The translations under genes were made by a program, and so were the position numbers. Below, piece by piece: positions 51,201 to 59,954 of a stretch of DNA of 64,000 bases. The DNA is from a virus. The number at the start of each line of letters is the position of its first letter. The first letter of the stretch is position 1. A model generated the notes under the pieces. It was not told the DNA's origin and made no database searches. It was given only the letters and a program-made list of their open reading frames with translations. Where the stretch lies: IMG/VR virus record IMGVR_UViG_3300025617_000007, positions 32,001 through 96,000 of that record. The stretch is one strand, 5' to 3'.

Positions 51201-52767
51201 ATGGCGTAGTTGATGTTGGGGTAACTGACAAAGTTGGTGTAACTGATGGAGTTAATGTTACCGATGAGGTAGGAGTTATACTATTAGTTGGTGTTATTGA
51301 CGGAGTAGGTGTGACAGATGCAGTAGGAGTAATTGAAGGTGTAGATGTAGCACTACTAGTTGGTGTGATAGATGTTGTAGGAGTAATTGAAGGTGTAGGT
51401 GTAATGGTCGGTGTTGGAGTAATACTTGAAGTCGTTGTTATACTCGGAGTACTAGTTACTGTCGGAGTAATAGATACACTTGGAGTAATAGTAGGTGTAG
51501 GAGTAACCGACAAAGCAGGACTAACACTTACTGTTGGTGTTATTGACGATGTAGGAGTAACACTTGAAGTTGGCGTAATAGATGGAGTAACACTTATCGA
51601 TGGTGTTACGGTTTGTGTTGGAGTTACCGATGGTGTTGGTGTTACAGGTAATGATGAAGGAGTAACGGTAGTTGTTACCGATGGTGTTGGTGTCGGTGTC
51701 TGAGTTTGTGTTAATGTTGGAGTATTACTTATACCCGCAGTTGGGCTCTGAGTTATCGTTTGAGTCGGTGTCATTGTCACAGTTGCCGTTTGTGTCAATG
51801 TCGGAGTGTGAGTTGGTGTAATAGATGAAGTTGGTGTGTTAGTCGGTGTTAACGATATTGTTGGAGTGTTAGATGTTGTTACGCTTGGTGTTGGCGTATA
51901 TGTAGGTGTTACACTCGGAGTTGGCGTGTTAGTTGGTGTAACTGATGGTGTTGGTGTAGTTGACGGTGTTGTACTTACACCTGCGGTTACTGACGGAGTA
52001 GGTGTTACCGTAACACTTGGTGTGACAGACGGTGTTGAAGTAATTGTTATACTTGGAGTCGGCGTAATAGTTACTGAAGGTGTAATTGAAGAACTAGGCG
52101 TTATACTTGGTGATGGAGTAATTGAAACACTTGGAGTAACTGAAGAAGTAGGTGTAATAGTTACTGAAGGTGTAACTGAAGATGTGGGTGTGATAGACAC
52201 AATAGGAGTTACTGAAATGGTTGGGGTAATCGAACTGGTCGGAGTGATAGATGGTGTAGGGGTAGTAGAAGTGGTTGGTGTTATCGTAACTGAAGGAGTA
52301 ATAGAAATAGTTGGTGTTATCGTTACTGAAGGGGTAGGTCTAGGCGTTTCAGATGGTAATACAATAGCGTCTTGACCCCTATTTGGTTTACAACATAAGT
52401 CAGGAATACTTATTGAGTCCCTAACATTTATCACTAACTTTTCTCTTAAAGGTAATGTTATCTCACCCTGATTATTTGTGATTTTAAATTCGCCAATATA
52501 ACCGCCAGGTTTTCTTGTTTCGTGTGATGATAGTTGATAATAAACATAATAGTCAATATCAGGACTATCTCCGTTAGATTCCTTTACCATTATTTGTGCG
52601 GCTTTGTTCATAACATAATATCGATTAGTTTCCTCATCTCTCATTGAAAAAGTAATGGTTGAGTTATTTGTTAATTCATCGAATTCGCGAAAATCGACTC
52701 TGCCGTCCTTTATAATTTGGACCTTAATTATTGGTAATGTGCTATTTTTTCTAATAAAAAATTCCAT
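48220..52767 (-). CDS. Long fibre / receptor-binding protein: BppU-like anchor, Pro/Thr/Ser mucin-like stalks, Cys-rich modules and a C-terminal Gly-rich domain
   Basis: 1515 aa with hundreds of residues of (S/T)(I/V)TP(T/S) repeats. The C-terminus has YQEWTVPQTGTYEFEVAGAQA...IIVGQQG...GGGGGS...GYVTVT. Confidence 0.75.
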   Translation of the reverse strand: MEFFIRKNSTLPIIKVQIIKDGRVDFREFDELTNNSTITFSMRDEETNRYYVMNKAAQIMVKESNGDSPDIDYYVYYQLSSHETRKPGGYIGEFKITNNQGEITLPLREKLVINVRDSISIPDLCCKPNRGQDAIVLPSETPRPTPSVTITPTISITPSVTITPTTSTTPTPSITPTSSITPTISVTPIVSITPTSSVTPSVTITPTSSVTPSVSITPSPSITPSSSITPSVTITPTPSITITSTPSVTPSVTVTPTPSVTAGVSTTPSTTPTPSVTPTNTPTPSVTPTYTPTPSVTTSNTPTISLTPTNTPTSSITPTHTPTLTQTATVTMTPTQTITQSPTAGISNTPTLTQTQTPTPTPSVTTTVTPSSLPVTPTPSVTPTQTVTPSISVTPSITPTSSVTPTSSITPTVSVSPALSVTPTPTITPSVSITPTVTSTPSITTTSSITPTPTITPTPSITPTTSITPTSSATSTPSITPTASVTPTPSITPTNSITPTSSVTLTPSVTPTLSVTPTSTTPCCDTWTLYGGDGTCGSPAEFIVTDCDDNISTVVVNQLDTVVICAIYVEDNNAPICNASATPSGTCNCPTPTPTATVTQTNTQTPTPTMTQTQTETPTPTPTSTPSVLTRAATTRCCDGADVVLTTYDSIIVGDFLIHNNQCHQVTLINPPAGGPLAVKETYSDCATCINDYPCPEVSPTPTQTQTQTPTPTQTQTPTPTPTLTVSPSPTEPQSSEICIPYNWYGTGAVPSSSATGVAYANSATPSSITEWYLSDILCSGYDINNLFPLTTGNSLDVKLGNQIATYTVNSFTNASPGDYWIVGVSYVSGTVSVSPVNCHQQNLFCFDTSAQPGISPLPTSTPSATPRSTETPTPSITPSGSVSVTPSVTPTVSVTPTNTVTPTSSVSVTPSVTVTPSITPTSSLTPTSSITPTPTITPSVTPTITPTSSVTPTITPSVTPSPVPTTGYGYNLVSTPYQVPTSGNTIISNGNGGVSSGSTNPNSFNDGPQMDGIYWNAIDENGVDRDSYYSSFVGNCVRLTISQNGSTAIYDGTLEDVGGAGLPYGGWTGGTEGTGYYFRGDGNNQIQLVQSASTQWVIGDIVYISVETITCPSITPTPTPSVTTTVTPSSSSSPITPTPTSSATPSVTPSITPTATITPSITPSNSVTPSITPTPSTTPTNLYSFSSFTFTSASLVGRTGPTLAQVQSAYSGESWTQNTSYLDVTTNGYQEWTVPQTGTYEFEVAGAQASSVTYPSSSTGGRGVIMKGRYSFNRGDVVEIIVGQQGAAVVNATQYNGAGGGGGSFVVLSGTPLIVAGGGGGDGAYNGSESGTLYNGNDAVTNISGTTSVFGAPGGTNGNGGESHTNGTIVSTNTYDSGSGAGFLTDGENGDGTSGGAATSQDGGAGRTYSAGLSGGARSSTHTQGSDGGFGGAGGGAPICGGGGGGYSGGGGSYRNGNPRSDGGGGAGSYLISGLTNVSTTDGQYNNSSTFGGNSITNLGTYNTGNGYVTVTLI
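49225..52345 (-). repeat. Degenerate coding repeats encoding xTPT/xTPS units in five blocks
   Basis: Blocks at about 52345-51210, 51010-50890, 50660-50575, 50190-49870 and 49410-49225. Codons vary, so the repeat is conserved at protein level rather than as an exact DNA tandem. Confidence 0.85.
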
Positions 52768-52769
52768 AG

Positions 52770-54851
52770 TTAATTTGATTCATTAATTATATTAAAGTTA
52801 GGGTCGCAATCAGATTCAGTAATGTTAAATCCAAAATCACAAGTGATTTCATTAGTTACAAAATCAAAATCACATGCAGGTTTTGCCACTTCAAAATTAA
52901 AGAAACATCCTAACAAACAAGGGTAACAATTTGAACACCAAAAATCGTATAGGTCAAACTTATCTTTTAATTGTCTAAAATTATGTTGTAATTGAGGAGT
53001 ACCTAATGGTTCGGTATACATTCTAAATTGTGATATACCACCCATAAATGTTCCTCCAAAATTAGGTTCTAATAATATGTCCGTAGTTAACCCAGAAAGT
53101 GAAGTCCCTGATAATGTTTCATTTGACATAGATTCCGGGTCCTGAATGTATAATCCGTCAGTTGATGTACATCCACTAAACATTAAACTTTCTCTAAGAC
53201 CTTGTGTACCTCCACCCCAACTAATGTTAAATGGTACACCTAATTGTTTTTCTTTTTGAGTATTTAATTCACGAGGTATAATCTCTTCAAAATCTTCAAT
53301 TACCATAAAAAGATATCCGTTAACATATAACTTCAATAGTCCCTTTCGTTTATCTTTTTCTCTTAACCATTTTCTATTAAGTTCGGTTATGTTTGTTAAT
53401 TTTTCTTTAGTCGAACCGGGATGTGTTTGTGGAGGTACAATAAGATTTGGTGATGCACCGTTAATTGATGATGGGTATAGTAACTCTCGTATATCTCCTA
53501 AACCTCCCCAATTAATTAAATCACAATCCTCTAAACTTTCATATCTCTCAAATACTGTGGATATCATAACCCATCTTTCTTCAGTATTTGCGGTGTAACA
53601 AATTAAACTTTCATAGTCACAACTATCATATATCCCTTTAACGGAACATATTTCGTTAACACAATATCCTGATGAATATGTTGTACCTGTAACGTCACAA
53701 TTTACTTCAGTGACACAGTCACCAGTTAATTTTATATATTTAACACATAGTTTAGGATTCTTAGGGTCACCATCTAACCTAATTGACATCGCATTAGAAA
53801 ATACATCTTTACCTGGGTCGACAGGTGGATTTACAACCTCAGAATCATACCCACAATTAATTCCTATATTATGCTGAACAGTTGTTGCTGTTGTGGGGAA
53901 AACATTAAAACAATCTGAATTGGTTACTCCTGTATTGGAACATGCACAAGTTTTAATACAAGTTGTTAAACCTGACGTTACCCTTTTATAATTCCACTCA
54001 CTAACACTACCAACAATATCAACATCAAAATTACATTTAAACGTCTCTATTGATTGGACATCTCCTGATGCTGGATGGTAATATTTATTTTCTGCCCTTG
54101 TACCGAAGAAAAAGAATGTACCGGAGTTTTCAGGATAAACATCATTTAAGTAAACTTCAGAAGGTTGTATTTCAAACTCTTCTCTTTGTCTAGGTTTTAT
54201 TAATGTTTCCATTGTCCAACCCTTATTTACTCTTTCAGGAAATACTTCGTAATCGTACCCATATAACTTATAAAACCCTTGATAAAATCCACCATATAAT
54301 TCATTATAATAACCTTTATATTGGTCATCTTTAGAAACTATATTATACACCGTTTTAGTGTTTCCTGAAAATCTATGATTTGGCCAATTTGCATATGAGG
54401 TGACAGGATGTAATTTTAACCTTCTATCGTAATAATAGGGATTAAACTTTTCAAAATCATTTATACCCATAGTAAAAGTTAATGATTGTCCCGACATTTT
54501 ATCATATAATCCATTATCTGTACCTGTTAACCCTATATCACATAAAGTAGTTGCGGTTTCACAATTTAAATCTTCATTGTTCGGATTATAGTAATTTTTT
54601 GATATTAGAGTGTTACCTGAATAATTTACGTTCCATAATAATCTTAGTTTTTGATTAGATAATGATGAATTTAAATCGATACTAACAGGTAATCGATTAC
54701 CGTCATTTTCGGCAATAATATTATTTGAGAAAACGACTTCTTCATCGTAATCTTTTTCATCAGACGCTAATGTAAGGTCAAAATTACTACTATAATCTAA
54801 CCTAATGTCGTACCTATTGAAATAATAATTATTGATATTCTGACTTGGCAT
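52770..54851 (-). CDS. LamG / concanavalin-A-like virion protein with Cys-rich inserts
   Basis: GWTMETLIKP, WVMISTVF, LKLYVNGYL and FMGGISQFRMYTEPL are LamG-type strands. Directly upstream of the fibre gene. Confidence 0.7.
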   Translation of the reverse strand: MPSQNINNYYFNRYDIRLDYSSNFDLTLASDEKDYDEEVVFSNNIIAENDGNRLPVSIDLNSSLSNQKLRLLWNVNYSGNTLISKNYYNPNNEDLNCETATTLCDIGLTGTDNGLYDKMSGQSLTFTMGINDFEKFNPYYYDRRLKLHPVTSYANWPNHRFSGNTKTVYNIVSKDDQYKGYYNELYGGFYQGFYKLYGYDYEVFPERVNKGWTMETLIKPRQREEFEIQPSEVYLNDVYPENSGTFFFFGTRAENKYYHPASGDVQSIETFKCNFDVDIVGSVSEWNYKRVTSGLTTCIKTCACSNTGVTNSDCFNVFPTTATTVQHNIGINCGYDSEVVNPPVDPGKDVFSNAMSIRLDGDPKNPKLCVKYIKLTGDCVTEVNCDVTGTTYSSGYCVNEICSVKGIYDSCDYESLICYTANTEERWVMISTVFERYESLEDCDLINWGGLGDIRELLYPSSINGASPNLIVPPQTHPGSTKEKLTNITELNRKWLREKDKRKGLLKLYVNGYLFMVIEDFEEIIPRELNTQKEKQLGVPFNISWGGGTQGLRESLMFSGCTSTDGLYIQDPESMSNETLSGTSLSGLTTDILLEPNFGGTFMGGISQFRMYTEPLGTPQLQHNFRQLKDKFDLYDFWCSNCYPCLLGCFFNFEVAKPACDFDFVTNEITCDFGFNITESDCDPNFNIINESN

Positions 54852-54906
54852 ATTGGTTTTTATAGATAAATACTTTGTTTGTAGTATTTATAGTAAAAAA
54901 CAAACT

Positions 54907-55647
54907 ATGAAGTCATATCTTTATAAAACAGAAGAAGGTGCGAAGAATGCCTCCAAAGAGTTAGGATGTAAAGGTTTTCACAAACACAAAAGAAAAACTT
55001 TTATGCCTTGCTCAACACATAAGGAGTTTTTAGATAAAAGTAAATCTCAAAAACCCGAAGGTGAAATAGATGAATTAATTGATTATGATGGTACAATGTT
55101 AAATTCAAAAGTACCTATTCTCGACCCTCACGTAACTGCTAAAGGTGATGATACTATGGATAAAACGGTTGCAATGGCTCGTATCACCCAAGACCCACTA
55201 ACTAGAGGTTATAGAGTGTACTATGGAGAATCAGTAGTAAGAGAAGAAGATATGGAAGACGCTTTTGGTTTTGAGGAAACTAAGTTTATGGATGCCGAAG
55301 AAACTGTAGATTACTTCATGAGTGAATTAGGTTTTGACGAAATTGATGCTGAAGGTAGGGCAGAGGAAATGGGAAAAGACCCTAAATTAGATGATAGCTC
55401 TCAATATAAAAGTAAGAAAAACTTTGTAATGAAAGGTCGTTTAACGGAAAAAGGTAAAGTATTAAGTAAAGAAGAAATATTAAAAATGGGTGAAGACTCT
55501 TTAGTTGGTAAAACAGATAGTAGAGATATTAAAATGACAAAAGAAATTTCACCAATACTTAAAAGAAATATTAAAGCACTTAAGAAATTGGCAGTTATGG
55601 ACGGAGTATCTACCAACGAATTAATTAAGATGTTAAAAAATGAATAA
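54907..55647 (+). CDS. Hypothetical protein with an N-terminal Cys/His module
   Basis: Start moved to MKSYLY (54907), 15 nt after TATTTAT (54885-54891). Contains LGCKGFHKH...FMPCSTH. Confidence 0.65.
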   Translation: MKSYLYKTEEGAKNASKELGCKGFHKHKRKTFMPCSTHKEFLDKSKSQKPEGEIDELIDYDGTMLNSKVPILDPHVTAKGDDTMDKTVAMARITQDPLTRGYRVYYGESVVREEDMEDAFGFEETKFMDAEETVDYFMSELGFDEIDAEGRAEEMGKDPKLDDSSQYKSKKNFVMKGRLTEKGKVLSKEEILKMGEDSLVGKTDSRDIKMTKEISPILKRNIKALKKLAVMDGVSTNELIKMLKNE

Positions 55648-56104
55648 AGATTTATACGATAAAAAAGTTAAGTTACCTGACTCATTAAAAAGTCATCTTT
55701 CAAAAAGTTTTGAAATGGTTGAGGCTGATAGTAACACTGAAGGGTTCAATAGAAATAAAGAACTTAGAGATAGTGGTATTATGACTTACCAACAACTTAA
55801 AAGAGTAAAAAACTGGTTTGATGGTTATGATGGGGATAAAAAAGACGCCCCTTTTATATTAAATGGTGGCGAAAGAATGCAAAAATGGTGTAGTCACGTA
55901 TTGGACCATTGGAGGAATACCATTGAGAGTGGTAAAAAAGCCAAATCTGAAACGGGTATGGAAAATGAATATATTCAAAATCATACTAAAGATGGAATAG
56001 TTGTTAACCCTAATGATAAACACGAAAAAGGTATTAACAAATACGACACTGCAGTGACGGAACAAATTAAACAAATAAACTCAATAATGAAAACATTATT
56101 ATAA
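55640..56104 (+). CDS. Hypothetical protein
   Basis: 154 aa, overlapping both neighbours in operon style. Confidence 0.65.
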   Translation: MNKDLYDKKVKLPDSLKSHLSKSFEMVEADSNTEGFNRNKELRDSGIMTYQQLKRVKNWFDGYDGDKKDAPFILNGGERMQKWCSHVLDHWRNTIESGKKAKSETGMENEYIQNHTKDGIVVNPNDKHEKGINKYDTAVTEQIKQINSIMKTLL

Positions 56105-56397
56105 TGGCAAAACAAAACGATAAAATACAATTTGACCAGCCAGACAATAGTTTGTCTGCAATTGCTGAAGCGGAAAGAAGTAAACTATTTCCGAAAAATG
56201 ATTTTTCACCTAAAAGTGATGCGTACTCACCACAACACCCTGATGCTATGGCTGATGGAGATGGGATAGGTAGAGGTACTGCTAAGTTCTTAGATGTGTA
56301 CAACGAAAACGCTGGTACATCGACAGATATTCAAGAAAGAATAGGTGATATTAAGATTAATAAATTTAATTCAAGTAAGACATACCCTAACTTTTAA
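56104..56397 (+). CDS. Small hypothetical protein
   Basis: 97 aa, with TAATG-type overlaps on both sides. Confidence 0.65.
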   Translation: MAKQNDKIQFDQPDNSLSAIAEAERSKLFPKNDFSPKSDAYSPQHPDAMADGDGIGRGTAKFLDVYNENAGTSTDIQERIGDIKINKFNSSKTYPNF

Positions 56398-56783
56398 TGA
56401 AACTTTTAGAAACATTTCGAGGACTTATTAATGAGGTTGCGTCCCTTAACGATATACAAAAATCGATTAAGGACAGAAATGTTACGACTATATATTACGA
56501 TGGTGACAATCCTGGAGGTACAGGTATTAGAGAAATTGAACCTGTTTGTGTTGGTTACAGTAAAGCAGGTAATTTAGTATTAAGAGCGTGGGACCTCGAA
56601 GGTGCGTCCCACACTGCCACAATCGGAGAAAAACCCTTACCGGGTTGGAGACTTTTCCGTGTAGACAAAATCTTTACTTATAAACCAACTATGGATACAT
56701 TTAATGAACCTAGACCTGGTTATAACCCTAATGGTGATAAAAGTATGTCTAGCGTAATTTTAAACGCAAAATTTAACACATAA
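56397..56783 (+). CDS. Stand-alone WYL-domain protein
   Basis: TIYYDG...REIEPVCVGYSKAGNLVLRAW...GWRLFRVDKI is a WYL signature. No HTH domain. Confidence 0.8.
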   Translation: MKLLETFRGLINEVASLNDIQKSIKDRNVTTIYYDGDNPGGTGIREIEPVCVGYSKAGNLVLRAWDLEGASHTATIGEKPLPGWRLFRVDKIFTYKPTMDTFNEPRPGYNPNGDKSMSSVILNAKFNT

Positions 56784-56787
56784 GATA

Positions 56788-57381
56788 ATGAGTAATTTAA
56801 TGGAAAAATTAGCCATATCTAAAAAGATAATGGACAAACATAACGAAGTTCCAAGAAGTGGGATGTCAGGTGATTTACCTATGAATGATAACGTAAATGC
56901 AACATATAATATCCCTGATAGTGTTATGGAGCAGACTCAACAACCTATTAAACAACCTATTAATAATACAGTCCAAATGAATCAACCGGTAAGTGAAGAT
57001 GCAATTAAAAATTCTAAACTACCTGATGAGATTAAAAAATTAATGATGGAAAATCCTATCTCCCAACCACAAATGGGTGGACCTGTATTATCTGATGAAC
57101 TTATAGAGGGAGCAACTAGATTAATGGGAACATCTAAAAATCCTATTAATGAAACACAAAGACCTAATCATACTACTCAAACTAATACGAGCAATTCTGA
57201 TTTAAAACAAATGATTAGGGATGTTGTGAGAGACACGGTAAGAGATGTGATTAAAGAAGAATTACAAAGTGCAGGTTTAATATCTGAATCATCACAAAAA
57301 ACAAACGAAACATTATCACTTAGAGTAGGTAAACACGTATTTGAAGGAAAAGTTTTAAAGATTAAAAAAGTAAAACAGTAA
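56788..57381 (+). CDS. Hypothetical protein
   Basis: 197 aa, Gln/Pro/Asn-rich, with a C-terminal LRVGKHVFEGKV. Confidence 0.6.
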   Translation: MSNLMEKLAISKKIMDKHNEVPRSGMSGDLPMNDNVNATYNIPDSVMEQTQQPIKQPINNTVQMNQPVSEDAIKNSKLPDEIKKLMMENPISQPQMGGPVLSDELIEGATRLMGTSKNPINETQRPNHTTQTNTSNSDLKQMIRDVVRDTVRDVIKEELQSAGLISESSQKTNETLSLRVGKHVFEGKVLKIKKVKQ

Positions 57382-57438
57382 TAGACCTTTTCTTATCCTA
57401 TTTTTTTACTTATACTTTGTCTAAAACTTATTAAGTAT

Positions 57439-58644
57439 ATGGCAAAGATTAAAATATTAGTATTACCCTCAGACAGGACTGGGGTTGGTAAGTTTCGTTC
57501 CGTTGAACCACATATCTTCTTACAAAACAAATATCCTGAAGACTTTCATGTAGATATAGACTACGAACCAAAAATTGATGACGATAATTATTGGAAGAAT
57601 TACGACATCGTTCATTTCCACAGAACAATAACAAAAGATTATGATAGTACTCCCGCACTTTTAGAGAAACTAAATAAATGGGGAATTACTACTATTGGTG
57701 ATATTGATGATTATTGGTTACCTTCTCGTGAACATCCTGCACATGCAATGATAATGAATAGTAAACTTCATTTAAAGATTGTTAAAAATTTAAAATCCGC
57801 ACAATACGTTACTACCACAACCCCATTGTTTGCTCAGGAAATCAAAAAAATTAATAAAAATGTAATTGTATTACCAAATGCGATTAACCCTAATGAACCT
57901 CAATTTCAAGAAAAAACAAAACCTTCAGATAAGTTACGATTCGGATGGTTAGGTGGTTCATCACACTTACATGATTTAAAATTATTGGGTGGTACTTTTG
58001 GACTTCTTTCATCATTAAAAGACCAATACGACTTATATCTATGTGGGTTTGACACTAGAGGTACTGTTACCGAAATAGATAATAGAACAGGTCAACAAAG
58101 ACAAAGACCTATTAAACCTGAGGAAACTGTATGGGCACAATACGAACAAATATTTACAAGTAATTATAAGTTAATTGATGAAGACTACAAAAAGTTTCTT
58201 TTAAATTATACACAGGGACAATACCCTAATGAGAAATTTTATCATAGAGTTTGGACCGCACCTGTAACTTCATATGCTAAGAATTATTCTAAGTTTGATG
58301 TATCGTTAGCACCAATCAAGAACCACTTATTCAATAGAATGAAATCACAACTTAAAGTGATTGAGGCAGGTTTTTATAAAAAAGCAATTATAGCTTCAAA
58401 TGTCGGACCTTACACGATAGATTTGACACATTCATTGAAAAATGGTAACTTTGTTGATGGAAATGCTTTATTGGTAAACGAAACAAGAAATCACGGAGAT
58501 TGGTCTAAGTTTATGAAAAAACTCATAAACAACCCTTCATGGGCTGAAGATTTGGGTGAAAGATTATATGAGACCGTTAAAGATACTTATGACTTAAATA
58601 ACGTAACCGATACAAGAGCACAATTTTATAAATCCTTAATATAA
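57439..58644 (+). CDS. GT-B fold glycosyltransferase (GT4-like)
   Basis: IDDYW, FGWLGGSSHLHDL and FDVSLAP...KSQLKVIEAGFYKKAIIASNVGPY. Confidence 0.85.
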   Translation: MAKIKILVLPSDRTGVGKFRSVEPHIFLQNKYPEDFHVDIDYEPKIDDDNYWKNYDIVHFHRTITKDYDSTPALLEKLNKWGITTIGDIDDYWLPSREHPAHAMIMNSKLHLKIVKNLKSAQYVTTTTPLFAQEIKKINKNVIVLPNAINPNEPQFQEKTKPSDKLRFGWLGGSSHLHDLKLLGGTFGLLSSLKDQYDLYLCGFDTRGTVTEIDNRTGQQRQRPIKPEETVWAQYEQIFTSNYKLIDEDYKKFLLNYTQGQYPNEKFYHRVWTAPVTSYAKNYSKFDVSLAPIKNHLFNRMKSQLKVIEAGFYKKAIIASNVGPYTIDLTHSLKNGNFVDGNALLVNETRNHGDWSKFMKKLINNPSWAEDLGERLYETVKDTYDLNNVTDTRAQFYKSLI

Positions 58645-58649
58645 TATAT

Positions 58650-59351
58650 ATGATTAATTTACCTTTAAATAAACTTTTATTTTTCGATTTAGAAACTGTT
58701 GGTATTGAGAAAGATTTACCAACATTAAAAAAGAATAGACCAGAATTAGCAAGACTTTTTGATAGTTATGTGGATTGGTTTAAGAAAAAATACCCTGACC
58801 AAATTGATAATACACCTGAGGAAATTTTTATTAATAAAGCGGCTTTAGTTGCTGAGTTCTCTAAAATTATTGTCGCTTCATTCTCATTTATAACCCCAAA
58901 GAACGAGATTCATACTCAAACAATTGCTGAGGATGATGAAAAAGAGCTATTGATACAGGTTAGAGAATTATTAGATAAGGTAGATAAGTTCGATTTTTAC
59001 CTATGTGGTCACAATATCAAATTTTTTGATATACCCACATTAGGTAAGAGATTTTTAACTAATAATATTTTACCTCCAAAAATATTACCAAATTACGATA
59101 CTAAACCATGGGAAATCAAAGCGGTAGATACCAAAGAAGTGTGGCAATTTGGTAATAACTTTGGTATATCATCATTAGATTTAATGTGTGTATCAATGGG
59201 TGTTGATAGTCCTAAAACAGGTGAAGTGTCGGGTAACTTAGTTCATGATACGTATTGGAACGCAAACGGGTTATCACCAATTGCAGATTACTGTGAGAAA
59301 GACGTTACAGTTTTAATTGAATTAATGAGAAAAATTTATAATTTAAAATAG
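58650..59351 (+). CDS. Stand-alone PolB-type 3'-5' exonuclease (DnaQ-like fold)
   Basis: ExoI FFDLETVG, ExoII GHNIKFFDIP and ExoIII YCEKDV. Confidence 0.85.
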   Translation: MINLPLNKLLFFDLETVGIEKDLPTLKKNRPELARLFDSYVDWFKKKYPDQIDNTPEEIFINKAALVAEFSKIIVASFSFITPKNEIHTQTIAEDDEKELLIQVRELLDKVDKFDFYLCGHNIKFFDIPTLGKRFLTNNILPPKILPNYDTKPWEIKAVDTKEVWQFGNNFGISSLDLMCVSMGVDSPKTGEVSGNLVHDTYWNANGLSPIADYCEKDVTVLIELMRKIYNLK

Positions 59352-59354
59352 AAT

Positions 59355-59954
59355 ATGTTTAATAAGATAAAAGATTTTAAGGATAGCATGTCCAAATTAG
59401 GTGAATTAAAAGAAAAATTAGGTTCAGTTGACATGACGGACCCTAAAACAATGATGGATTCTTTCGGTATTGATTATGAAGAGTTAGAAAAAAACTTTGA
59501 AGAACAGTATTATAAGACTCCTGAGATTGAATATGTTTATAAATCGGTAAATCCTGAACCTAAGTACCACTACGGTAGTGATTCAGGATTTGACTTAAGA
59601 GCTAACGAAAAAGTAACACTAAAACCATTAGAAAGGGCTTTAGTGTCAACAGGTTTACATATAAACGTACCTGCTAGACATGAAGTACAGGTAAGACCTA
59701 AGAGCGGATTGGCAATTAAGAAAGGTTTAACTGTCCTTAACACACCAGGTACTGTTGATGAAGGGTATACAGGTGAAATAAAAGTTATACTGATTAATCT
59801 AAGTCAAGAAACTCAAGTAATTGAATTGGGTGACAAAATTGCACAAGCGGTTATCTGTCCTGTAGTTCAAGGAAGAGATGTTATCTTGAAAAGAGTATTA
59901 GAAATAAAAGAAAAAGATAGAAACGAAAATGGATTTGGTTCAACTGGAAACTAA
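59355..59954 (+). CDS. dut: Trimeric dUTPase with an N-terminal extension
   Basis: SGFDLRA, RPKSGLA, PGTVDEGYTGEI, IAQAV and RNENGFGSTG. Confidence 0.93.
   Translation: MFNKIKDFKDSMSKLGELKEKLGSVDMTDPKTMMDSFGIDYEELEKNFEEQYYKTPEIEYVYKSVNPEPKYHYGSDSGFDLRANEKVTLKPLERALVSTGLHINVPARHEVQVRPKSGLAIKKGLTVLNTPGTVDEGYTGEIKVILINLSQETQVIELGDKIAQAVICPVVQGRDVILKRVLEIKEKDRNENGFGSTGN

Noticed and set aside
49225-52345. Repeats as a possible CRISPR array or DGR template/variable pair
   Set aside because: No identical repeat-spacer periodicity, no adenine-specific paired copies, and no cas or reverse transcriptase gene. The repeats are degenerate and coding.
49931-52375. Plus-strand Val/Gly-rich ORFs (49931..50251, 51098..51703, 51836..52375)
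   Set aside because: Antisense shadows of the Thr/Pro repeats. ACN/CCN codons give stop-free GTN/GGN reverse frames.
57381-57438. Promoter for the glycosyltransferase cluster (TATACTTTG)
   Set aside because: A near-match to both sigma70 and Bacteroidota consensus but without a properly spaced upstream element. No TATTTAT, so timing cannot be assigned.
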